From Betaproteobacteria bacterium (GTDB lineage Bacteria > Pseudomonadota > Gammaproteobacteria > Burkholderiales > UBA3065): 64,000 nucleotides of DNA. The number at the start of each line of letters is the position of its first letter. The stretch's first letter is position 1. Positions 9,995-17,567 of this stretch are shown here, piece by piece. A model generated the notes under the pieces. It saw only the letters and a list, made by a program, of their open reading frames with translations, searched no databases and was not told the DNA's origin. Both the position numbers and the translations under genes were made by a program. Location: positions 4,352 to 68,351 of the forward strand of contig JAIXXL010000037.1 of NCBI GenBank assembly GCA_027490755.1, read 5' to 3'.

Positions 9995-10558
9995 TCAGTG
10001 CTGCGGCTGCAAGTCGAGCAGCAGCAGCTTGACGTCATCCAGCAGGCGCTCGGCGTGGTCCTGCAACACGTTGTAGAGAAGCAGCCCGATCAGGGCCACC
10101 GCGATTCCCAGCGCCGTGGCCAGCAGTGCGACGCCGATGCCTGCGCTGACGGCTTGCGCATCCGATATTCCCGAGCGCGCCAGGGCGCTGAAGGTATCGA
10201 ATATGCCGAGGATCGTCCCCAGCAGGCCCATCAGCGGCGCGGCCGTGATCACGGTATCGAAGATCCACAGATGGCGATTCATCCTGCGCTGCGCGTCAAT
10301 GAAGATCTTCTCCGTGAGGTCGCCGGCGCGCGCCGCATTCGGCGCCTCGGTGAGGCCCTGGGCCGCGGCCGACAGCAGGGTCGATGGCACCGATCCCGGG
10401 CGCGCCATGGCCTGCGCCGCGCCCGGGCCCGTCTGCCGGAGTGCCACGAAATCTTTCGTGCAGGTCCAGTAGAACAGGCCGCGCTCGACGGCAAAGTAAA
10501 TCACTGCCGCCAGCGCCGCGTACAGGAGAATGAAGGTCAGTTCGTGCAAATGCCCCAT
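9995..10558 (-). CDS. exbB: MotA/TolQ/ExbB proton-channel protein
   Basis: 187 aa. 'AAPLMGLLGTILGIFDTF' and 'GIGVALLATALGIAVALIGLLLYN', typical of the ExbB/TolQ C-terminal half. Confidence 0.85.
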   Translation of the reverse strand: MGHLHELTFILLYAALAAVIYFAVERGLFYWTCTKDFVALRQTGPGAAQAMARPGSVPSTLLSAAAQGLTEAPNAARAGDLTEKIFIDAQRRMNRHLWIFDTVITAAPLMGLLGTILGIFDTFSALARSGISDAQAVSAGIGVALLATALGIAVALIGLLLYNVLQDHAERLLDDVKLLLLDLQPQH

Positions 10559-10570
10559 GTCGAGTCCCGA

Positions 10571-12955
10571 TCAGAAGTCGGACGACAAGGTCACGCCGAC
10601 AAAGCGCGGAGCGCCGACGTAATATGCCGGCGCGCGTCCGCCTGCGCCAAGGGCGCGCGTCGTGAACAGGCTGCCGCTGCCGGAGTTGATGCGAAGGTAC
10701 TCCTCGTCGAGCAGGTTCTGCACGTTCAGGCGCACGGTCGGGTTCTTGAAGAACATGCTCGATTCCATGCGGTAGCCGGCGGTCAGGTTCAGCATGGTGT
10801 AGGCATCGAGGCTCTCGTCATTGACCAGCGTCGAGAAGACTTTGCCGGTGTACTTGGCCTGCAGCGAGCCGAAGAACGGGCCATCGACATAGTTGAGCGC
10901 CAGTCCGGCCAGCCAGTTCGGCGTGTCCGGCAGCTGCTTGCCGGCGGTGGGCTCGAAGGCTGCGCTCCCGGTCTGCAAGTTCGACTGCATCTCCGACTTC
11001 AGGTAAGTCAGCGAACCGTACATCGACCAGTTGCCGGCCAGGCGCACGCCGGATTCCAGCTCGGCGCCGTGCGTCTTCACGTCGCCGACATTGATGTCGG
11101 TGGTGAAGGCCGATACCGGGTCGAAGGCCGAAGCGATGCGGTTCTTGTAGTCGACGTAAAACACCGAACCGGACACCGTGAACAGCTCGTTGGCCATGCG
11201 GTAGCCGAGATCGAAGTTGTTCGAGGTCTCGGCAGCCACCACAGGGTTGGCGATGGTGGCGCCGGTCAGCACGCCGTTCACGTAGGTGCCGCCGCGGGCC
11301 AGGTTCTGGAGCGAGAAATTGCCGGGCGCCTTGAAATTCTGGGCCGCGTTGAAGAATACCGAATGGCCGTTGGCGAGCACGAACCGGATGCCGAGGTTGG
11401 GCAGCAGCTTGCTGTAAGTCCGGTCGATCTTGTAGCCGGTGCCGCTGTTGCCGCCGCTGGTCGAGCTCGTGCCCTCGTTGGCGAAGTTGGTGAAGTCGCG
11501 GTTGATGCTGGCGTTCTTTACGCCGAGCACCACGTTGAGCCGGTCGGACATCAGCGAAATGCTGTCCTGCACGAAGACCGAATGCGCGGTGCTGATCGTC
11601 AGCTGGTCGCGCCCCTGGTAAGGCGTGCCGTCGGCGCGGCGCAGGTAGAAATTCGAGTCGCGCAGCCACGGGTCATCGGCACGGCCGGTGTTGTCGAAGC
11701 GGACCGCGGGCTGGGTCTGGCGATGGTCGGCGCGCTCGTACCAGACGCCGACGTTGAACAAGTGGTTGTCGAGCTGGTAGGTGGATTTCAGTGTGATGCC
11801 CGGACGGTGCGTGCGGGTGACGCTGCTGCGGTAGACCATCACCGTGTCGAGGGTGTCGCCATCGCCGTTGATGTCGCGCAGGCCGCCGCCGAGGCGGGTG
11901 GTCGCCGCGCTCTCGGTCAGCCGGGTCAGCTGTTCGCCGCCTGTGCCATAGCCGTACCAGTAATAGGGCTCGGCCGACAGCGCGAGGCGATCATTCACGC
12001 GGTGCGAGAGGCGCGCCGTCCACAACGAGTTCTCGAACGGGTTGATCGCGAAGCGGTAGTAGCCATCGGCCGGCGTCGTCTCGGACTGTGCGGTGCCGTT
12101 CACGCCAGCCAGATGCTGCGGCGGCAGCGCACCGTAGTCGAGCATGCGGCCCGAGGCAGCGATCTGCGCCTTGGTCAGCGTGCGGTAGTTGTTGTTCACC
12201 GCGTAGTTGTACAGGAAGCTGGTCGACAGCTTCGTGCCGGCACCGAAATTCATCTCGGCGCCGACATCGACGTGGTCGCGATCCGCGCCGCCGGGGCCCT
12301 TGAACTTGTCCACCACCGACTTCGAATACGACATGAAGGCCTTGAACTGGTTCTCGCCGATCGCGCCCGTATCCACGCGCACGAAGCTGCGGCGGTAATT
12401 GAGGCCGCCGACCGACTGCGCGACGCGTGCGTTGAAGCGGTCTTTCGGGCCGCAGGTAACGAGACCGACATTGCCGCCGGTGGCGCCGACGTGCGGCGCG
12501 TCGGTATCTGCCGAGCCCTGCGTGATGAACAACTCGCAGAGGTTTTCAGTATCGGTATATTCCTGCGGATAGACGGCAAAGTTGCCGGAGTCATTCACCG
12601 GCGCGCCATTGATCGTAAAACCGAGCTGGTCGCTGTTGAAGCCGCGCACGCGCAAGCCACCGCCGAACAGGCCCGTGGCGTCGTAGCTGAAGGTGTGCAC
12701 GCCCGGCAGCAGCTCCAGCGCCTGGTAGGGATTGCTGGAGGGGTTCAGGTTGTCGAGCAGCTTGCGATTGACCGAGCTGCGAGCCTTGGGCGTATCTTCC
12801 GGAACGATCAGGCCGGTATCCTGACCTCCCTCTTCCGTGCCCTGCACGACGACCTTGCCGACATTGGTCGCGGCAGTCTGTGCGTGGAGCGCCGTCGCTG
12901 CGAACAGCAAGCTGACGAGGGTGGCGATTCGGGTGAGCGGTTGGTTTGTTGTCAT
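10571..12955 (-). CDS. TonB-dependent outer-membrane receptor
   Basis: Start taken at 'MTTNQPLTRIATLVSLLFAATALHA' (AAGGA RBS); the ORF track begins at 13009. Has a plug ('VVVQGTEE...', 'LPGVHTF', 'LRVRGF') and ends '...RFVGVTLSSDF' with a terminal Phe. Confidence 0.9.
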   Translation of the reverse strand: MTTNQPLTRIATLVSLLFAATALHAQTAATNVGKVVVQGTEEGGQDTGLIVPEDTPKARSSVNRKLLDNLNPSSNPYQALELLPGVHTFSYDATGLFGGGLRVRGFNSDQLGFTINGAPVNDSGNFAVYPQEYTDTENLCELFITQGSADTDAPHVGATGGNVGLVTCGPKDRFNARVAQSVGGLNYRRSFVRVDTGAIGENQFKAFMSYSKSVVDKFKGPGGADRDHVDVGAEMNFGAGTKLSTSFLYNYAVNNNYRTLTKAQIAASGRMLDYGALPPQHLAGVNGTAQSETTPADGYYRFAINPFENSLWTARLSHRVNDRLALSAEPYYWYGYGTGGEQLTRLTESAATTRLGGGLRDINGDGDTLDTVMVYRSSVTRTHRPGITLKSTYQLDNHLFNVGVWYERADHRQTQPAVRFDNTGRADDPWLRDSNFYLRRADGTPYQGRDQLTISTAHSVFVQDSISLMSDRLNVVLGVKNASINRDFTNFANEGTSSTSGGNSGTGYKIDRTYSKLLPNLGIRFVLANGHSVFFNAAQNFKAPGNFSLQNLARGGTYVNGVLTGATIANPVVAAETSNNFDLGYRMANELFTVSGSVFYVDYKNRIASAFDPVSAFTTDINVGDVKTHGAELESGVRLAGNWSMYGSLTYLKSEMQSNLQTGSAAFEPTAGKQLPDTPNWLAGLALNYVDGPFFGSLQAKYTGKVFSTLVNDESLDAYTMLNLTAGYRMESSMFFKNPTVRLNVQNLLDEEYLRINSGSGSLFTTRALGAGGRAPAYYVGAPRFVGVTLSSDF

Positions 12956-13021
12956 GGTCGTCCTTTGGGAGTGGCCTGAAGTCGGAAAAGAGAACAATCG
13001 CTGCTGCATGGGCCGCCCGGC

Positions 13022-14017
13022 TCAGCCGGGCGGCATGAATTCGAGTTGTGCGCTGAAGCGGTGCTGCTCCTGGCCGGGCCACGCGTCCTCCGGCATGGCC
13101 GGAAAGCTCGCGCGGCGCACGGTCGACAGCGCTGCCTTGTCGAGCAATATCGAAGGCGACGGTTCGGCCACGCCACAGTCGATCAGCGCGCCGCTGCGCG
13201 AGAGCACGAACCACACCTTCACGATGCCGGTCGGGCGCTGCTGGCTGGCCTCGCGCCCGGTCGGGTAACGCTTGTTCGCCTCCAGCGCCGCATGGATGCG
13301 GCCGACAAAACTGTCCTCGGTACCGCCGCGCGAGGCGTTCCGCTCCGGCGGCGGCGATGGCCGCTCGGGAGCCCGCTCCGCGAGCTTCTCGGCGGGGCGA
13401 TCGGCGGGGCGCTCTGCCGGCCGCTCGCTGCTGCGCTCCGGGCTGCGCTCGGCTTTCGCGGCGGCCCGCTCCGCCGGACGCTCGCTGCGCCGATCCGGGC
13501 CGGGATCGCTCTTGTCGATCGCCTTGTCGATCGCCTTGTCGACCGCCTTGTCGACCACCCGCTCTGGCTGCACGGCTGGCGCAGCGGCGGGCTCCGGCGT
13601 CGGGGCGACGCTTCGTTCCGGGACCGCCGCACGCGGCGGCTCGGCCGGACGCTCCGGCTGGCGCTCTGCCGGTCGCTCGGCCGGCGGCGGCGGTGCGACC
13701 GGGGCACGTGCAACCGGCGGCGTCTCCATCGGCGGGCTGGGTGGCCTGATTTCCTTCGGCGCTTCGGTCTGCGGCGGCGCATTCACCGGCGGCGGTTCGC
13801 TCAGCAGTTGCATGGCCAACGCTTCCACCGGCGGCTCGGGGCTGGCGGCAGGCGGTCGCCACGACGTCATTGCGGCCAGCGCGGCGACCGTGACCAGCGC
13901 CGACCACGCATGGCGGCTGGCATCGGCACGAGGCTCGAACAGGCGGTCGATCGCTGGCACCGGAATGGCCCTGTCAATGCTTCTTAAGCGCCGACAGGTA
14001 GATCGAATGCCAGCCAT
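13022..14017 (-). CDS. tonB: energy transducer TonB
   Basis: 331 aa. N-terminal TM 'WSALVTVAALAAM', a long Pro/Glu/Ala-rich spacer ('ERPAERQPERPAEPP', 'DKAVDKAIDKAIDKS') and a C-terminal TonB domain ('YPTGREASQQRPTGIVKVWFVLSRSGALIDCGVAEPS'). The start overlaps exbD by 44 nt and is uncertain. Confidence 0.8.
   Translation of the reverse strand: MAGIRSTCRRLRSIDRAIPVPAIDRLFEPRADASRHAWSALVTVAALAAMTSWRPPAASPEPPVEALAMQLLSEPPPVNAPPQTEAPKEIRPPSPPMETPPVARAPVAPPPPAERPAERQPERPAEPPRAAVPERSVAPTPEPAAAPAVQPERVVDKAVDKAIDKAIDKSDPGPDRRSERPAERAAAKAERSPERSSERPAERPADRPAEKLAERAPERPSPPPERNASRGGTEDSFVGRIHAALEANKRYPTGREASQQRPTGIVKVWFVLSRSGALIDCGVAEPSPSILLDKAALSTVRRASFPAMPEDAWPGQEQHRFSAQLEFMPPG
13511..13558. repeat. 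4 x 12-bp tandem repeat inside tonB (encodes DKA[VI] x 4)
   Basis: cttgtcgatcgc / cttgtcgatcgc / cttgtcgaccgc / cttgtcgaccac read directly from the sequence. Confidence 0.9.
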
Positions 14018-14384
14018 CTCCCCTCAGTTCATCCATCACGTCGATCATTTGCTGGACTTCGACGGCCTTGTCCGCATTCACGATGATCCGGGCGCTGCGG
14101 TCGCCGTGCGCCTTCTCGCCGACCAGGGCCGCGACGCGGCCCGGCAGGGCATCGCTGCCATCGACCGCCACGCGCTCGCGCGACAGCGTCACCACTACGC
14201 GCTTGCTGTCCGGGGGGATGGCTGAGGTAAACGACGATGACGGCTGCCGGGTCTGCAAGCCGAAGCCCGGGATGACGTTCAGGCTCAGCAGCACGAAGAA
14301 GACCAACAGGAACATCATCACGTCGATCATCGGGATGATCTCGATGCGGCCTTTCTTCTGCCGTTTGCTGCCCCAGTTGCGCAT
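13974..14384 (-). CDS. exbD: biopolymer transport protein ExbD/TolR
   Basis: 136 aa. 'EIIPMIDVMMFLLVFFVL' TM, plus 'IIVNADKAVEVQQMIDVMDELR'. Confidence 0.85.
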   Translation of the reverse strand: MRNWGSKRQKKGRIEIIPMIDVMMFLLVFFVLLSLNVIPGFGLQTRQPSSSFTSAIPPDSKRVVVTLSRERVAVDGSDALPGRVAALVGEKAHGDRSARIIVNADKAVEVQQMIDVMDELRGDGWHSIYLSALKKH

Positions 14385-14471
14385 GTGTCCGCCTCGTTCA
14401 CGCTCGTCGTCAGGAGCGTCGAATCTTATTTTTGGAATATTTCAGGCGAATGGCAGTTGCGTTAAAGCAAT

Positions 14472-14489
14472 ATGAAAAACTTATGACAG
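14472..14489 (-). promoter_or_regulatory. Pho-box-like direct repeat upstream of the exbD operon
   Basis: The minus strand reads CTGTCATAAGTTTTTCAT, i.e. 7-bp CTGTCAT + 4-bp A/T spacer + TTTTCAT (an 11-bp period), 88-105 nt upstream of the exbD ATG. The first half matches the E. coli Pho box half-site exactly. The second half matches only in TCAT. Confidence 0.35.
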
Positions 14490-14492
14490 GAC

Positions 14493-14522
14493 GCCGAGCT
14501 GCCGTATCACCGGCAGCTCGGC
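14493..14522 (-). terminator. perfect 12-bp stem hairpin downstream of the 14548-15438 gene
   Basis: gccgagctgccg-tatcac-cggcagctcggc, 25 nt after the stop. The T-run (TTTTT) follows only after about 12 nt, so it is an atypical intrinsic terminator. Confidence 0.5.
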
Positions 14523-14547
14523 AGCACAGGGAGGGAAGGTGGAGTGC

Positions 14548-15438
14548 TCAGCTGTCGACGACGGTCAGCAGCGAATGCAGCACCGAGCGGGTATCGACGA
14601 AGGCCGCAGCGGACAGCGCGGCGGCCGCCAGTTCATCGGCCGCTACGTCCCCGCCGTCCCCGTCGGCCGCGACCGACGCATCGCCGGCGGCCTCGGCAAG
14701 GAGGGCCGCATCCATCACCGGCGCCGCGCCGTCCGGCAGAGCGGTGCCGGTCTCGCCAGGGGCGATGTGCGCGCCAGCTGCCGTCGGTGCCGCCGGCGTA
14801 TCGATGGCCGCGCGCAGCTGGGCCTGCAGGCCCGGCGACAACTCGGCGGCACGCGCCACCAGCGGCGCCGCCTCGGCCAGGTCGAAGCCGAACAGCCACG
14901 CATGGCGACGGATCGACGCCGCGTCGGATCCGGCATCGCGCAGCAGCAGGCCGTGCGCATCGACCAGCTTCAGGCCGGCATCGACCACGGCGCCGTCCTC
15001 GTCCTTCAGCTGCCGGAGTGCGAACTGCCCGGAGCGGGCCAGCGTGTCCTGCGCGCCGAGATATGTCGCGTCATCGCGGCGCGGCCGGCCCGCCTCGCCG
15101 TACATCTGGCCGGTGGCCCGGCGGGCGGCCGTCACCGGATCGCCGGAGGCCATGATGGCCTGCCAGTTGCGCGTGTCGGTGTTGGAGCCGACCACGCCAT
15201 AGACGAGCTCGGCCGCATCCTCGAACGACGCGCCGCTGGCGTCCATGAAGGTTTTCAGATCCGGCCGGTGCGCCGACGACTTGTCGGCCGAGGTCAGCAG
15301 CGAGTCCGGAATCGGTGTGGCCGCAACGGATTGCAGGGCATCGGCAAAGCGGCCATCGTCGCCGGCGGCGGCGTTCGCGGCCGGCGTGGCATGCGCCAGT
15401 GTCGAGGCACGCGCCGCTGTCGAGGTGCTGAGTTCCAT
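14548..15438 (-). CDS. hypothetical Ala-rich protein
   Basis: Start taken at 'MELSTSTAARAS' (GGAG about 11 nt upstream); the ORF track begins at 15540. No motif recognised. Confidence 0.45.
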   Translation of the reverse strand: MELSTSTAARASTLAHATPAANAAAGDDGRFADALQSVAATPIPDSLLTSADKSSAHRPDLKTFMDASGASFEDAAELVYGVVGSNTDTRNWQAIMASGDPVTAARRATGQMYGEAGRPRRDDATYLGAQDTLARSGQFALRQLKDEDGAVVDAGLKLVDAHGLLLRDAGSDAASIRRHAWLFGFDLAEAAPLVARAAELSPGLQAQLRAAIDTPAAPTAAGAHIAPGETGTALPDGAAPVMDAALLAEAAGDASVAADGDGGDVAADELAAAALSAAAFVDTRSVLHSLLTVVDS

Positions 15439-15532
15439 GGAATCGCTCCGAAAAGGAATGATCGAATCGTTGTAAATTCCATGCCGATCAGGGCCAGGGC
15501 TTGCCGCCGCCGGGCTGGCCGGCCTAGCCGGA

Positions 15533-15631
15533 GTCATCAAACGGCCATCATCGCGTCACGACGAGGTCACAATGAAGTCACGACGGCGTCACGCTATCGT
15601 CACGCCATCGTCATGGGTCGGTCATGTTTGA
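15533..15631 (+). promoter_or_regulatory. array of nine 11-bp-phased GTCA(C/T) cores (candidate PhoB-type direct-repeat operator)
   Basis: Units: gtcatcaaacg, gccatcatcgc, gtcacgacgag, gtcacaatgaa, gtcacgacggc, gtcacgctatc, gtcacgccatc, gtcatgggtcg, gtcatgtttga. Cores start at 15533, 15544, 15555, 15566, 15577, 15588, 15599, 15610 and 15621. The array ends 36 nt before the ATG at 15668 (AAGGAG RBS at 15656-15661). Confidence 0.55.
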
Positions 15632-15667
15632 GGAGTCCAATGTCGGGTTTCCAACAAGGAGACGCGC

Positions 15668-17563
15668 ATGGCACTTTCACTCACCGGCAACAACACGCAC
15701 AAGCTGTCGTCACTCGGCAGCATCGCGCTCAGCGGCGCGGAGATCTCGGCCTATGACCCGGCCAGCAAGCAGTTCTATGTGACCACGCCCAGCAGCGGCA
15801 TTCATCTGGTGTCTGCCGCCGACCCGACCAACCTGCAGCGTGTCGCGACGATCGATTTCTCGTCGGCGGCCTTCTCGTCGTTCGGCAACGACGTCAACCG
15901 CGTGGCCGTGCGCAATGGCGTCGTGGCCGTCGCCGTCGCCAATCCGGTCAAGACCGAGCCGGGCCGCGTGTTCCTGCTCGATGCCGCCGGCAACCTGCTC
16001 AAGAGCGTCACCGTCGGCGCGCTGCCGGACATGCTGACCTTCACGCCCGACGGCAGGAAGATCCTCGTCGCCAACGAAGGCGAGCGCAACGGCGCCAACG
16101 GCGAGACCGATGCCAAGGGCTCGGTCAGCATCATCGACATCGCGAAAGGCGCGGCCCGGGCCACGGTCACGACCGTCGACTTCACCGTCTTCGACGGGCT
16201 CGAGACCCAGCTGCGCACGGCCGGCGTGCGCATCTTCAACGGCAAATCGGCCAGCCTCGACCTCGAGCCCGAGTACATCGCCGTCTCGCCCGACGGCAAA
16301 AAGGCCTTCGTCGCGCTGCAGGAGGCCAACGCCGTCGCGGTGCTCGACCTCGGCCTGAAGGAGTTCCGCGAGATCGTGCCGCTGGGCCTGAAGTCCTTCC
16401 AGGGCCTGCTCGCCGACTTCAGCGACCGCGACAGCAGCACCGGCGGCAACATCTACGCTCCGCGCTCGGACCTGCCGGTCTTCGGCATGTACATGCCGGA
16501 TGCGATTGCGGCCTTCACCAGCAAGGGCAAAACCTACTACGCGATCGCCAACGAGGGCGACAGCCGCGACGACTTCATGAATCCCGACGAGACCATCCGC
16601 ATCGGCAGCGCGACGCTCGACGCGACGCTGTTCCCGGACGCCGCCACGCTCAAGGGCAACGGCGTGCTCGGCCGGCTGAACGTGGCCAACCCGGCCACCG
16701 CCGGCCGCTACATCAGCGGCGACACCGATGGCGACGGCGACCTCGACCAGCTCGTCATGTACGGCGCCCGCTCGTTCTCCATCCTCGACGCCAAGGGCAA
16801 GATGGTATTCGACAGCGGCGACCACATCGAGCGCTTCATCGCCACCCAGGGCACGTTCGTCTCCGGCCAGGCCAACACCGGCGCCTTCGACGACAACCGC
16901 AGCGACGACAAGGGCCCCGAGCCGGAGGGCATCACCACGGCCGTGGTCGACGGGCGCACGCTGGTCTTCGTCGGCATCGAGCGCGGCGGCGGCGGCACCA
17001 TGGTCTATGACGCCACCGACGTCGGCAACGTGCAGTTCGTCACCTATGCGCGCAACATGGCCGATGTCTCGCCGGAGGGGCTGACCTTCGTCTCCGCGGC
17101 CGACAGCCCGACCGGGCAGGCGCTGCTGGCGCTGACCAACGAGGTCTCGCTGACGCTGACCGTCTACGGACTGACCAGCGTCAAGAGCGGAACCGAGGGC
17201 AACGATGTCCTGCGCGCCACCGCCGGCGTGGACGAACTGACCGGCGCCGCCGGCCGCGACCGTTTCGTGTTCGGCGACGCCAAGCCGCTGGCGCAGGCCG
17301 CCAGCGTGCGCGACATCGTCACCGATTTCGTGCGCGGCACCGACCGCATCGACCTGCGGACCATCGATGCGGACAGCACGAAGGCGGGCAACCAGTCGTT
17401 CAAGCTGGTGACGGCATTCGACGGGAAGGCGGGGCAGCTGGTCGCCGCGCAGGCGGGCGGCAACACGCTGCTGTCGGGCGACGTCAATGGCGACGGCCGC
17501 GCCGACTTCGTGATCCAGCTCACCGGCGTGAGCGCATTCGGCGCCGCCGACGTGATGCTGTGA
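15668..17563 (+). CDS. secreted beta-propeller protein (choice-of-anchor-I / phytase-like, often annotated alkaline phosphatase) with a serralysin-type C-terminal Ca-binding secretion domain
   Basis: 631 aa. 'LTFTPDGRKILVANEGE', 'EPEYIAVSPDGKKAFVALQEANAVAVLDL', 'YAIANEGDSRD', 'DDKGPEPEGITT', 'SPEGLTFVSAADSPTGQALLALTNEVSLTLTVY', then 'GTEGNDVLRATAGVDELTGAAGRDRFVFGD ... DRIDLRTIDADSTKAGNQSFKLV ... GDVNGDGRADFVIQLTGVSAFGAADVML'. No signal peptide. Confidence 0.8.
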   Translation: MALSLTGNNTHKLSSLGSIALSGAEISAYDPASKQFYVTTPSSGIHLVSAADPTNLQRVATIDFSSAAFSSFGNDVNRVAVRNGVVAVAVANPVKTEPGRVFLLDAAGNLLKSVTVGALPDMLTFTPDGRKILVANEGERNGANGETDAKGSVSIIDIAKGAARATVTTVDFTVFDGLETQLRTAGVRIFNGKSASLDLEPEYIAVSPDGKKAFVALQEANAVAVLDLGLKEFREIVPLGLKSFQGLLADFSDRDSSTGGNIYAPRSDLPVFGMYMPDAIAAFTSKGKTYYAIANEGDSRDDFMNPDETIRIGSATLDATLFPDAATLKGNGVLGRLNVANPATAGRYISGDTDGDGDLDQLVMYGARSFSILDAKGKMVFDSGDHIERFIATQGTFVSGQANTGAFDDNRSDDKGPEPEGITTAVVDGRTLVFVGIERGGGGTMVYDATDVGNVQFVTYARNMADVSPEGLTFVSAADSPTGQALLALTNEVSLTLTVYGLTSVKSGTEGNDVLRATAGVDELTGAAGRDRFVFGDAKPLAQAASVRDIVTDFVRGTDRIDLRTIDADSTKAGNQSFKLVTAFDGKAGQLVAAQAGGNTLLSGDVNGDGRADFVIQLTGVSAFGAADVML

Positions 17564-17567
17564 CCGG

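Noticed and set aside
8231-12979. 1582-aa ORF on the plus strand, the longest in the track
   Set aside because: It lies antisense to four well-supported genes (5'-nucleotidase, exbB, TonB-dependent receptor). Its translation is Arg/Ala/Gly/His-rich low-complexity sequence with no motif. This is the typical stop-free shadow frame of high-G+C DNA.
14385-14470. Fur box upstream of the exbD-tonB-receptor operon
   Set aside because: The AT-rich stretch 'aatcttatttttggaatatttc' does not match the GATAATGATAATCATTATC consensus well. The adjacent CTGTCAT-N4 repeat and the phosphatase-type gene content fit Pho control better.
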